Shown piece after piece: positions 18,904-31,925 of a DNA stretch of 64,000 nucleotides. This stretch comes from Callorhinchus milii (lineage: Eukaryota), in assembly GCF_018977255.1 (NCBI RefSeq), contig NW_024704772.1, positions 124,001-188,000 on the forward strand, in the 5' to 3' direction. The notes below the pieces were generated by a model. That model did no database searches. It was not told the DNA's origin and was given only the letters and a program-made list of their open reading frames with translations. A program made the translations under genes and the position numbers. How positions within the stretch are numbered: the stretch's first letter is position 1; each line of letters opens with the position of its first letter.

Positions 18904-21900
18904 ATTGAAATGTTCAGTGGGCACTTGTACAAGTTCATATTGTCCTGGTGATCAGGGAATTAGTCAAGTGACCTATAAATGTGCCTAACCAATCCGTTAC
19001 CCAAAGTTTACCAGGAGACTATTTTGAAACCAGACTTTCCTGAACATTTCTTGTGATTGTGTTGCATGAAAAGGGAAGGTCAAATGGCAGTCTCGCAGGC
19101 AGCACGTGGCAATTTATGTTAAACACAAGCAAAAATTGTGAATAGTGCTGATTTAGGGAGCCAAAATGTAGAGTAAATGTTCTCATTTCTCAATAAGTAT
19201 AAATTGTAAGTGTCCAAACAAATCCACCAATTTGGGAGTGAACTTTCAAGATCGTGGTGTGAATAAAGCCTATTTAATTGAGTTGGTGGCATTTTCTTTT
19301 CTTTTGGCAATCTTCCCTCCCCCCAGCCCCCTCTGATCGGGTGTGATCTTTTCTTTCCTTCAAATGCTTATTTGCGACATACTGCTGCATGCCAGTAACC
19401 TGTTTCTATCATCTACAAATGCACAGTCACTAGACTTTCTTTCAAAATGTTTGGGCAACACAAGGTGTTATATTATAAATAACAAGTGTTTATTCTGAGC
19501 ATTTGAGTCAGTGTCAGCAGTTATTTGACTGCAGAGGAATCAATAACCGAGCCTGTCCCCACGCTCACACCAAATCCCCAAAGCGGCCTTCATGAACTGC
19601 ATCTATTCTCCATGTAAAATATCACACTGTTTATATCCTGTCGAAAGTAGCCTCGTGGGAATATTATATGAGGCAGGATTCCTGTTCCTGGTTGTTATTC
19701 AGTGCACATAATGGACAGGAATCCTGGCTGACGTGGGTAAAAACAGGACTGGGTGCTGTTCACCATCCACGGCTCAATTAAACGATTTGTGAACCGAGAA
19801 TGAATGTCTTCAAGCATTTAAATTATACAACCTGACTAAAACAAACGGCAAAAATGTCGTGGAGAGTTAAATATACGACGAGAAAGTAAGGCAAATATCT
19901 TTTGGAATACTTTGTTGACAATATCTGAGCATTAAGAATTGGTTATTTAGGCAGTTAGTTGCCTGAGCCTCTGTAACCCAAGAAACCCTGACTTCAGGGT
20001 GCAAGATAATTGGCAAAAAAGAGAAATTCTTTGCCTGGAGGGAAAAATCCTCATCAAAAGCTAGAATTTTTAAAAAAACAAATGTCTTCCATTTTCCTTT
20101 GTTTCTTTGCGCTGTCCTCACGGTTCTCATAAAACAAGACCCTCAGAGCTCACAACTTTTACAAACAATTCTGGCTTGCAACCCAAGCCTATGATTGGTT
20201 TTGACTTCCACTTGATCTTTTAAGCCAGCTTTTTTTATGGTGTTAGCTTGGCTGGAATGCTATGTGGTATTTTCATTGGGAGAAGGGAAGGGGTGGTCCC
20301 TTAACACAAAGGTAACATTAGCCTTGGAAGAAATCAAAGGACTTGCCCTTTAACCCTTTTACCAGTGCAACCTCAGATTTGCGTTGGAACAGCACTCCAG
20401 ATGGCACGATCGAATATTTCTGTTACTTTTTGTTTTAAGCAATAATCAAACTTGTGCATGAATCAAATGTTCAAAATTTGCATTAAGAACTGTAGCAAAT
20501 CCCAGCAAGTCAGTGAGAGTGGTTAATGGCAAAAAGAACATTACAAGATAACTCCAGAGGAACAGCAACTTTGTGCTTTAACTGAGTGGTCCTTCATGAT
20601 CAGAGCCAGCCAGAAGAAGTGTTGAGGTATGTTTTAACTATGTCTGTGAAATAAGACAGCTCCTTTACGGTGACTGACTGGGTGGTACAGTCTTTTGGAA
20701 TATTGGACAGATGCGTCACGTGAGGTGGCAAAAGCCTGAGCTGAGTTAACCTGTGTGGCAGTGGGGGCACAGACATCGGTCTCTGAATTGCCTGGGTGGG
20801 GAGGCAAACAAATGAACATGATTGCTGATTGCTGACCAGCGACCCCTAGTGATCAACATTTGTGTGGAGACTGAATGAGAAAAGTAGGTGGCGAGATCAG
20901 CCATGAAGGAAATGGATTGATGATATAAATAACTTGATCTCAATGCTGGGTCAGAAGATGTAGGTTCACGTCCTACAAAGAGACTTGGTCAGGGAACTCG
21001 CAATGGCAGCATTCATTACTCTGTGTGCGAAATTGAATTCATTGTGTTATTAATCATGCAATGATTTGCCTTTTCTGCATTAGCAGAAAGCTGTCAGCAA
21101 GTTGTGAGTGACTTTAGGAAAGCTCTGCAATTTTACACAAGGAATTGGTCAGGCAAGCCTCCATTTCTTTAAGGAATTTATAAGGATTTTTCAAAAATTC
21201 TGCATGATCTTAAATTTTAAGGCTAAGATCAAGTGCTGTCCTCTGGTACCTCAACCAAGTGAGGTCATTCCTGATGTGTAAGTCTAGACAATGAGGCACA
21301 GTATTTGATGGTGGGAGGTATTCTCGCAATAAACTATCTATGATGTTGAAAACCTAGGAAGTAAAAGGTCATTCATTAAGTGTGTATATTCATTAAGATA
21401 GTTTTAACTTGCTCTTATAAAGAGGACAAACACCTGTTCCACTGATAGCTCACCCCAGCATTCGTTATCTCATTTTCTATTTTTGTGAGTCCTGAAAGGC
21501 TTTGAAACTCTTAGGATGCCTCTGTCCATGTGTCTGTGTCTTTAAGAGGGTAATAGAGTTCCCCAAATAACCCAGTGAGTACAGTTTGCCTAGAGTATCA
21601 GTAAGCCATAAAAAAAACAATCGGTAGCCTGTGCTGAGTTAGCAGATCTAAACCAAGGCAGCATTTGGATAGTGATGATTGGCTTCAATGTCTCGGGGTC
21701 CACGACGATAGACTAATTTAACAACCCAATTTAAAAATACAAATAACCCTAATCTCATCCACCCCTCAGTGCCAGGCCAGTGAAGGGGAGGAAGGACTCA
21801 GCTTCAATGCTGGGATGTGCTGCCTGTAACATACTTGACCTAGACGTTATCATTTAATTACAATTGCACTGCTTTTATGGGTGCAAAGGCATAGCATATT

Positions 21901-24900
21901 CTAGGATAGATATGACATATCTAGCAGCTTAGCTACAGGGTATATCCTAATATGACACTGTTGCTTGGAAACCACATTAGCACTTACCCATTGATTACGG
22001 TTTAACATAACTCTTTACAGACTGAGCGAGGAGAAACCTTTTCAGCAGAAATTCTGAGCCCCAGGAATGCCCTGTCAGCAGTTACAGTACTTCAGTGCTC
22101 AGATCCCCAACAGTAGATCCTCAACTTAATTCCTCAGTTTCTAGACACCATTCCCTTGTGAGAAACTTTACATTCTATTCAGTAATTAGCTTATCTCACC
22201 CGGGCAGCAACAAGGGCTTTACAATGGCTGCAGTACATACACTAAAGAGGGGTTGTGGCAGATATCATTGAACATGAAGTGAAAGCGTATTGACCTCAGC
22301 CACAATGCCCTTGTTCTGTGTCTAGGTTCTCACCTGACACACAGCAATAAAGCTGCAATAATCAGCACCTTCACAAGAGGTGGAGGAAGAAAACTGAAGG
22401 GGAAACGTTTTGGAATGTGAATCTGAATTGTTGAGAGCAAATCTACGCAGGAATAATTTAACTGGATAAGTCTTCAACTGAAATGGCCATTGTCTTTTCT
22501 CTGCTACAGCTGTCCGGGGCAAGGAGAAAATAAGGAAACCATATTTCTGGGCAAAGGGTATTACGATAATAATAATCCTTGCATTTGATATAGCGCTTTA
22601 TCACGTCTTCGAGATATTTCAAAGCACTTCACAGAATATACTGTAAAGTGAATTGATTGTATATTTTGTGAGCAAAACACGATTGTGGGTGAATTTCCAC
22701 AAGATTGTGGAGACCTGAAAATACTACAGTTGCTGTCAGTTCCATATTTACAAACCTGGCAGCTGGCAAAGAGACTTCTAGCTGTGAATTCTTTCAGGCA
22801 TTGCTAAATTTAGGTGACTTCCTCAACGAGCACTGACTGTTCCAAACAAAGCCCAACAATGGCAACGTCACCTGGGGAAAGGCTTCACGCCCCACCGCAT
22901 GTTGGCCATGTATTTGGCAAACATGAGAGAAATGGGAAAGGAAGGCTGTGGGAGAATTAGGCAGGGTGGAAGTTATGTGGAACATGAACACCAATGCAGA
23001 CAAGTTGAGCCATGTTCTAATGGTCTATGTAATTATATGAAAAAGAAAAATGCAGAAGTATGTGTGCACTCCTCTCAAACAATGCAGGGTGGTTCCCTGG
23101 ATAAACGCAGAAATAAAGACAATGTTTAATCAGAGCAATTTGCCATTTTTTTGGAACAATTAATCTTAAAAAAAAGCATAAAATATAAGTAAAAATAAGA
23201 TACGATCATTACATTAGAGGGGCAAACCGGGTTCCCAAACCAGAACAAAATCAACAGGAATGAACTGGCCACTCTATTCATTTTCAGTTTTCAAAACCTG
23301 AATGCATTCAATGGGTGAAGAAGAAATCTTTGCACAATTTTGTGGATACCCTCAGGTGTTAGCTCAAGGGCATGAAAGCTTCTTGGTTTCCTGAGCAGGT
23401 GTGGCAATCTCTCATTCAGCAGGTGTGATATCTATCACTTCTTTACCAAAATAGATTCACTATGGAAACCAATGAACCCAACAACATACATACAAAATCC
23501 AGGATCCACTTGAGCTTCACGAGTGCAGTTCAGAACATCTAACTGAGCAAATACTTCATGTGAACTCTTCTACTCCTCTTTTCTATTCCCTTTGTCCTTC
23601 CACACTTAGAAATTGGTGTAAATACTTAGGCTGTCTTCACAGTGTTACATTGTGTTACACTGAATCACTAATTCTTTTAACATTTTCTCCCGAGACACTG
23701 ACAAATGCTGAGATGTGGTTCCACGCCCAGTGGGAGTTGACGTGTGAACTTATACATTTAATATCATTCTTTCCATATCTAATGGAACAATTCCCAGCAG
23801 GCGGTCATGACCTTGGCAGGAACCTTGGCTAATTTCCCCCCTCTGCATTTTTCACCCTAAACGGAAAAAAGGCAAACACAACACCGTATGTCTTGGTCCT
23901 CAATGCATGAAACTGAATGGGTACAGAACACACTGTTACCATTCGATTTAATCTTGAACTGTAAACGTGGCTTTTGTCTTGGCAACTTTCCATCCTCCTT
24001 CTCTGTACCTGAGTAAATATTGTAAAGCAGTCATCTAACACTCACTTCATAGAACCAGCTACTCCCTCTGCCTCCTCATCCTTCTGGACCTCTCTGCCCC
24101 ACAGTGAGTTCATTCACTTAATGGCCTTACACAGCAAGAATTCCAGACAATTATTCATGTGCTATTGAAAGTAGCTCTGCATTATTGATGGGAAAGACAG
24201 ACAGTGATGGCTGATACTCACATCAATTGTCCAACCTTGGTACCCTGATCAAGCAGACAGAATTTGCATAAACAGCAATATATAACCAATTTGATGTCTG
24301 GGGGAAAAAAATTATGAGTCAGTCTCACAATTAATATTACACACATGAATATTTTTCAATGCACTATGCTGACAAAACATCTTGCATCTGGTAGTAAAAC
24401 AAGTTCTTTGTTTGCATGAGGGTCACTGGAGCACCTATAGTTTGAACTCAATATGATTATTCGACATGTGCTTCAAATTAGAGCTGAGGAGCTAAGTGAC
24501 ATGAGAAAAAACTTCTTCACAGAAATGTTCAGGAGACTTTAGAATGCCTTGCTCCAGATGATTATAGATCCAGAATCATCTGGCAGGTTTTAAAGGGGAG
24601 TTTAGATATTTTGTAAGTAAGGGATTTGGGGAAAGTGCGGAGGATAAAAAAAAACTTTAGATGATCAAATAAAATAAATTTGTGTTCCACTGACAAGCAG
24701 AGTTGCCAAGCAGCCCGAGGCTGTTAGTGCTTGGAATGGAGAAATTCTCGTTTACTTTCCAGCCACAATTACAAGCAGCGAAAAGGCCACACCTACATAC
24801 AGGGCTACTCCTTTTATAACACAATTTTTGGAATCGAGAAAATTAGACCCTGGAATTCATGTCCACAGAGAAAATAGTAACTTTTAAAGAGATCTGAAGA

Positions 24901-24982
24901 TTGAAGAGAGACACATCAAATGGTGCTGGGGGAGTGGGCAAGGGAGCAGGAATGGACAGCTTTCAGAGGGCCACCAGGGAAA

Positions 24983-25282
24983 TATAGGAACATAAGAACG
25001 GGAGTAGGGCATTCAGCCCCTCGAACCTGTTCTGCCATTTTATTAGATCATGGCTGATCTGTACCTCAACTCCAATTCCCCACCATTGCCCCATATTCCT
25101 TGATAGTCTGACCTAACAAACATCTATCCACTTCAGTCTTGAAAATTTGAATGGACCCCATCATCGACAGCCTTTTTGGGGAGAGTTTTAGAATTCTACT
25201 ACACTTTGTGTGAAAAAATGCCTCCTTATTTCACTTCTAAATGGCTTAGCTCTAATTTTAAGATTATGCCTCCTGTTCTGGA
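24983..25282 (-). mobile_element. CR1-type LINE 3' fragment
   Basis: Tail motif cattcagcccctcgaacctgttctgccatt recurs in the window. Minus strand encodes degenerate HNLKIRAKPFRSEIRRHFFTQSVV. Confidence 0.7.
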
Positions 25283-25424
25283 GGCAGGGGAATAACCTTG
25301 TGTGTTGTATCTTCAGTATTGGTTTCCACTACCCAACTCCTCAGCTTTAGTTCTAATAAACTGCCCCAACCCAACCAACAATAACAAACAGAGAAAACCT
25401 CAAAGTGCTTCACTGAACGATATA

Positions 25425-26000
25425 ACATAAGAAATGCTGGACAAAAAGACCAAGGTCCATCTCGTTCACCTTCCACCTTTCTGGCAGCCGCATGCCCAGT
25501 TTGGCAGTCCCAAACTATCTATGTACTATATGCCATGTTATTTACTAAAAGAAAACTATCTAATCTGTGTTTGAAAGAATCAACACTTCCTGCTTCAACC
25601 GTCTCCCTAAGTAGAGAGCCTGTTTCACAGGTTCACTATTCGCTCACTGAAATAGTGTTGCGTAGATTCGTTCTGAATTTATCCCCTTCAAACGCAGGCG
25701 TTTCCTCTGGTTTCACTATTCTGGACAACATGAAACAGCCTGTCATGATCTATATTGTTTAGCCCCATTAGAATCTTAAAGGCAGCAATCATGTCACCTC
25801 TCAAACTTTCCAGCGTGAACATGGCCAATTTACTTAGTTGCTCCTCATAGTCCAGTCCTTCCATTCCCTCAGTCATTTTGGTTAATCTCTTCTGTATCTT
25901 CTCGATTTTTCCAATATCCCAAAAGGTACTTGGGTGACCAGAACTTCTCTTTAAGTGTGGTCTCACCAATGATTTATACAGTGGCAGGAGTAGGGACAAC
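25425..26000 (-). mobile_element. CR1-type LINE ORF2 3' fragment
   Basis: LLPLYKSLVRPHL...IEKIQKRLTKM..GL.YEEQL..L..F.LE.LRGDMI..FKI...TRGN is typical of the CR1 ORF2 C-terminus. Confidence 0.85.
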
Positions 26001-26439
26001 TGTGGAGAGTGGGGGAGGTGTCCCATTATAGGGTCAACACTTTCAGGGTTTTTAGGGAGTGTTTTGACCACAGAGTGAGAAAGGGCAACGGGATTTTTAA
26101 AATCATCCTTCCACCTCCTTCCAGCGCCATCAACCCGGGGACATCGCGGAGGACTTCACAAGGAGCTGCTGTCAGGTGTTCACAGGCGAAAGATTGGGAG
26201 CTCGGCGTCGTGCTCCGCCATCGTCAAGCGCTCCGAGGCGCTGCCCTGCCTGAGGGGCGCTGTGTAAAATGTCAGTTCTTAATTGTGAGGGATTTTTTTC
26301 CAAAAGTTATGCGAGGATTATTATTATTATTATCATTATTATTAGCAGGGAAGCTTGGCTGCACATGGTGGGATGGGTTACCGTGTTTCCTGCTCACAGT
26401 ACAGGCTGCTTTTACACACCTGCTCTCTCTCTCTCGCTC

Positions 26440-26970
26440 GCTCTACGGCCGCCATTGAGCAGCTGTCACTCCCTCATCCGCCCAAACCGCCCGCGCGCCT
26501 CCAACCGCCGCCCCGCGCGCGCGGCTCCCGCCAACTGTCAGCGCGCGTGACTGCAAGTAGCGCCGGCGCCGCCAGCTTCAAGCGCGCGCGCGCGCGCGCG
26601 CGGGTCACATCCTTCGGCCAACAGTTCGTAATTAGACGGCAACGCCCCGTGTCCAAGTGAAGCAAAAAGCGGTTAATATATTCGCGGAGGTATTAACCTT
26701 CTGCTCGGGAAGGTTAGGAGGAGGGGGGGCGGGGAAAGGAAACCGGTTTATTTGCGGTGACGTAGACGGCGGAGGAGTGCAAGCTGCAGCGCGGCTGCGC
26801 GGGTATATAAGGCGGCGCTCCGCGCACCGCGCGGTTTTTCTCCCCGCAAACAGCCACGTGTGAGTAAAGCGAGTCCGGTTTGGCCATGGCGGCGGCTGTC
26901 TAAAGCGGGAGCCCCGGCACCTAGGCAACAGTGCACTGCACTGCGCAACAACACAGGCATTAACAATGGC
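26440..26970 (+). promoter_or_regulatory. ATF4 CpG-island promoter and exon 1
   Basis: Alternating CG tract 26582-26602, GC box, CRE-like GGTGACGTAG ~26756, TATA box TATATAA 26804-26810, donor ATGGC|GTAAGT at 26970/26971. Confidence 0.85.
26886..26903 (+). other. ATF4 uORF1 (MAAAV*), reinitiation-permissive
   Basis: gccATGGCGGCGGCTGTCTAA in strong context, at the position of the short ATF4 uORF1. Confidence 0.85.
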
Positions 26971-28306
26971 GTAAGTCTCTCTTTTTTAAAAAAGTCTTGG
27001 GATGTTTTGACATTTGGTCTGTTCGGGGCGCGGCGGTGGCGCCGTGACCCCCCCGGGGGGGGAGGGGGAATAGCGGGTATAAAAGTGGGTATAAATGTAA
27101 ATGGTTTCGAGTGTTCGGTTTGTTATGTTGTGACAAAAGATTTGTCCGCGGAGGAGGAAGTGGAAGTCGGGTTTGCGATCACAAAAACTGCTTCTTACGT
27201 TTTTTTAAAAAAAAATATTTCTATATATATTGTGTTCGAAGTTTTCGATCGTTACCAAATAAACCGGTGGGGTGTGGGGGGGAAATCCTCCCTCGTGGAT
27301 GGGGGAGACATTGAGCTGTGAAATGGCAGCGCTGTGTGTGAGAGAGAGAGAGAGAGAGAAGATGGCGCCCGAGTAAAACGTGGCACCAGGAGGTGGTGAG
27401 AGGCTGTTGGCGGGTGTGGCCTCTGACTGACCACTTCCCTCTTTCATAATCAACTGCTCTTGAGGTTAACAATACAATACGACGTCTGCAGAGCCATCGC
27501 GCCTTTCGTGTTGGGAGGACGTCCCGACAGGAGAGGGGGGGGGATCAGCCCTGAAATTTATGTGAAGTAGTCACCCCCCGCACTCCGCCATCCCCCCCCC
27601 GCGCGCCCCCGCGCTGGGACATCCGCCACTGACGTCAAAGGCGCCGCGTCATACAATGTGCAATGGCTTCAGGGAAAGCTGCACTTTTCGTTGGATTGGG
27701 ACGTGTACTCCCGTTTGCCACAACGTCATCGGTTTGTGAATCTGATTCCGTTCATATTATTTTCTTTCCTTTCCGCTGCTGAGGGGGGTTGGGTGGGGGT
27801 TGGGGGCGGAGTCTGCCTCTTGCTCATATCTGCACTCCCAGTGGGAGTTGCCAGATGGCGAGAGACTCTCACTCTGCTCCCACCCGCTGAGATGATTATC
27901 TTTTGCATAGACAAGCGATTGTATCCGGGATCTTCCTGACCGTTGGCTCAATTCCATTTGGAAAGTTTACAGGTTTACAAAACTCAATGTGGAGTATGGA
28001 GTAGGTGCAATTACATTGATAATTGGACGTGTCCGTATTTCATGTTTGAATTCTAACAATTGTGGTGTGGTTTGTCCTATCTCTATTTACAAAATGTTTT
28101 TTCTCTTTATGCTTAGGCTCCAAAATGGGCTTGTCAGCATTGCTGCTGTCGACAGCATAGAAACACTCGACTCGAAAACGTCATATTTCCTCGAATATCT
28201 TGCATTACGAAAACAAACAGAAGATGTCAGTTTGGCCAAATTCTTCGCTTTCCACCTTGATGGAGGACTTGGTGTCCCTCCTGGACTCGCCGTTTCTGAC
28301 GGCTGA
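26966..28306 (+). other. ATF4 uORF2, spliced (26966-26970 + 28117-28306), 64 aa, overlapping the ATF4 CDS out of frame by 83 nt
   Basis: ATGGC|G CTC CAA... = MALQNGLVSIAAVDSIETLDSKTSYFLEY...GGLGVPPGLAVSDG*. Split by intron 1 after ATGGC and overlaps the main ATG, as in mammalian ATF4. Confidence 0.85.
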
Positions 28307-29654
28307 AGACGACCCCTGTCTCCTGCACAAGGATCTGGAGGCCGGGCCGGTGAAGGCCTGCCTCAGGTCACTCCCGTTTGGCGATGCATCCTCCCAATGG
28401 CCGTGTGTCAATCCATTACTGGACACAGACAATGGTGTGGGTAAGTTAATGCATGTCATGTTTGAGGCTCATCTTCTCACACACTAATCAGCCTGGACTC
28501 GTGAAGTTGCACTTGCCCAAACTCTTAAGGATCTTTCACAGAGATGGATACTATTATTCTGGTCTAGATTCAGACCTAAATCCTAGAAAAATTTCTTATT
28601 AACTGGTAAATTGTGCACCCAATTGTTATAAAGTGTAATTTCTGGAGTACCCAAAATAACTTGAAACTTTTTGCCTTTTTCAGGGGATGCGTTCACCGGC
28701 TTGGACTGGATGGTTGAGAAGGTAGATCTCTTTGACACCCTGATTGAAGATGAAAGTGATCCTCCATCCCCAGAGGACCTGATGGCAGCACTGGATCGTT
28801 CTTGTGACCTTCTGGATGACCTGCCCTTTGACCCCTTGCCCAATAAACTACAAGTATCTGACCCTGTGCTGGACAATAATAATCTGGACTTTGGGGCATT
28901 CCCCACCTCACCCCTGGGATCTGATCAACTGGCCCCCGCTTCCCCCTCCCCCGTCAGCCTGAAAACCCCAGAACTTTTCTCCTCTCCGAGCCACTCAATA
29001 AATTATGAAGAGGAGAGTGAAACCAGTGTTTTAGATAATGATAAAAGGCTAGATTTGGCTTTGCTTCAATCATCACCACTTCAGAATTCCTGCAAAGAGA
29101 AGGATGAAGGGGCTTTATCTGACTCTGACAGTGGGCTTTGTAAAAGTCCAGTTCAAACCCTCGACAGTGGGCTTGACACAAGCCTAGCTCGGACTTCAGG
29201 GGGTGCTTTGTCGGACTCTGACAGTGGGCTTCCTGCAAGCCCCTGTCACAGTCCTGTTCAGTCTCCAGATAATAGCATGTCAGAAGGCTCCTCTCAATCT
29301 GGCCTGTCCTCACTGGAGAGTTTAAGCCCAGTCAGGTCGACACCGTACGACCGCCCTAATGCAGAGACAGTAGCAAAAGTAACACCAGCCAAAGTGAAAG
29401 TAATCAGTGGTGCAGAGCCGAAAGTTATAGAGAAAAAATTGAAGAAGATGGAACAGAACAAAAGTGCAGCAACACGGTACAGACAGAAGAAGAGAGCAGA
29501 GCAGGAAGCTATAACTGCAGAATGCCGGCAGTTAGAGGCAAAAAACCAGACCTTGCAGGAGAAAGTGGACTCTATGGCAAAAGAAATTCAATATTTAAAA
29601 GGCTTGGTAGATGAGGTCAGAAAAGCTAAAATTAAAAAAGAAAAAAGCTTGTAA
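28224..29654 (+). CDS. ATF4: Activating transcription factor 4 (bZIP); 2 coding exons, 395 aa
   Basis: Exons 28224-28440 and 28684-29654 (1188 nt). GDAFTGLDWMVEKVDL, PPSPEDLMAALD, PYDRP and the bZIP KKLKKMEQNKSAATRYRQKKRAEQE...EIQYLK. AATAAA at 29708-29713. Lies between MIEF1 and RPS19BP1 as in human. Confidence 0.97.
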
Positions 29655-30882
29655 TGTAGAATAGTGTGTTTGTATATGTTGTAGTACTTGTTTTTAATGT
29701 TATTTGTAATAAAACATTGAAAATGTCAATCAGTAGTTGATTACTTATTCCTGGAGGGTTTTGCAACATAACCTGCACAAAGTCATTTGATTCAACAACA
29801 GCTTCCATTTATACAGCGCCCTTCACGCGGGGTGGCTCCCAGGAGAGCTTCGCAGTGGGGGAGTAACGACAAGTCGGGGAGAGGGAAGCCATTCAGAATA
29901 CCTGTTCTCATTCTGTCCTAAGCAGATAAATTCATTAGTTCAATAAACCATTCATGGAACATCTGTAAGAGCACCTTTCTGCAGCCCACACACCGTGATG
30001 TGTGCAGTGGAGATGAAGATGTGATAATTTCCCAAACCATTCCCAGTTACGACATTTATACAAAGTGAGGATTGCAGTTCTCTTCCCCTGTCTGTACCAC
30101 CTGGTCGTAGCCTTGTCGAGGTGCTCCCTTCTGCTTTACGCCATTTAATCTTCCTGTATTGCACAATTAACATTTTTGTGTCTCATAATTCACAGCAATC
30201 TGTAAGGCCCATTTGTTTCTTCAATTAAATCTGTTAAGGACAATCAAGATTAACCTGCCATTCAGAGATTTATGTTGACTGACTGATCAGATCTTGTTTC
30301 TCCAAGTAGTTTAAGCAGTTTTTTTTCTGGGTTTTGAAGTAAGACTACCTGGGATATAAAATTGTGAAAAGCTGTGCAATGGGAGCGGGGGGGGGGGCGG
30401 AATGTGGGTTGATTGATTGCCATTCTACTACGGCCAATGTACTGCCAGCAATGACGTTCATACGTGTCATTACTCAGTTCAAGGATAAAGAACAGATGTT
30501 GCTGACGTGTGGAGATAAGCTTCTCCCACTTAATTAGATTTACATCTTTATGTACTGATCACAAACACAGTGTCAGAGATAAATACACACTGCCCTTCAG
30601 TTCAGGCACATCTGTTCTTTTTACTCGATCCAATTTTACCCTTGAAACCACATTGAGCACACATTGGAGGTGCTCGTTTGTAGACTTTACACCCACCCCT
30701 AGGCTTTGATACCTAGCGGTTGGAGCCCAATTCTCTATGGACCTGCACTCAATCTAATCTGATCACACAGAACACCTCGACCTCTCGGTAGGACGTCTGA
30801 TAACAAGTACCAACAGTGCACCATGGAGCTCAGCACCTGTAGTGTTCAGGGGATTCGCAAATCAAGCAGGAAGCTGATTCCT

Positions 30883-31193
30883 GTGGAGTCCTGTAGCTCA
30901 GTAGTTAGAGCACTCGCCTCACAAGCGAGACTCGGATTTGATTCCCGGGAGGGCAAAACCTTGGACAAGTTTCCTTACTCCACAAGCCCGATGATAATCC
31001 CTCAAGAAAAAAAACAATAAATTGGTCACTTCAATCCACGACTGTTTATGGGACACTGCTGTGCGCTTCACAGAATTGGCTGCCGCATTTGGCCCACAAA
31101 TGTACAATCAATTCACTTTACAGCCTATTCTGTGAAGCCCTTTGAGACGTCTGGAAGACGTGAAAAGCGGTATATCAAATGCAAGGATTATTA
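30883..31193 (+). mobile_element. Near full-length tRNA-derived SINE
   Basis: gtggagtcctgtagctcagtagttagagcactcgcc head; body aattggctgccgcatttggcccacaaa; tail atcaaatgcaaggattattat. Many truncated 3' ends of this family occur across the window. Confidence 0.85.
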
Positions 31194-31629
31194 TGTTCTT
31201 ATTCATGCCGTTCACACAAACTCGATCCCACCTCTAATCATTTTAATCTCATTCTCCGAGTCTTCCCTAATATTCAAAGGTTGTTGTGAAATAATCTCTT
31301 GCTCCCTCCTCATGACTCAGCGGGTGAATTCACTGCCAGGTTTGACACTGACTCAGGGAAGCTTGGCGGGAATGTCTGGCAGCGAGCTTGTGCTGATCAC
31401 AAACTACTCATTGAATAAATTCACTTGAGACATCAGACAAACATTTCTTTCTTATACGGTTGAGAAAGTGAACCCAGAAAATACTGTCAGATCCACAGGC
31501 AGCAAGACAAGTGGGTAATAATAATAATAATTCTTGCATTTGATATAGCACCTCATGTCTCAAGGCGCTTCCAGAATATACTGTAAAGCGAATTGACTAC
31601 TTCATAGGAGGTTCTAATCGACTGAATTA

Positions 31630-31925
31630 ACGACAACAAAATTACATTTGTAAAACGTCTTTCACGTTGGGAGAACATCTCAAGGCGCTGAACAGTCAGA
31701 GATCAGGACGAGAGTGTGAGGGGGCAGGGTCGGGATGAAGGAGGGAAGAGAGATAGGAGGGCGGCTGAAGGCACTTGAAAAGGAGGGGGAAGGCAGAGCG
31801 GGTCATGGGCAAAGATATGGAGGAGAAAGGACAGTTCAGGGTCAAACAAGGCGCCCAGGTTCCTGACTGGCTTGGTGAGGTGGAGTGTGCATCCTGGATG
31901 GTGATGGTGCCAGTACCCCCACACA
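31630..31925 (-). mobile_element. L2 fragment
   Basis: LHLTKPVRNLGALFDPELSF peptide and a tail similar to the 14690-15572 element. Confidence 0.7.
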
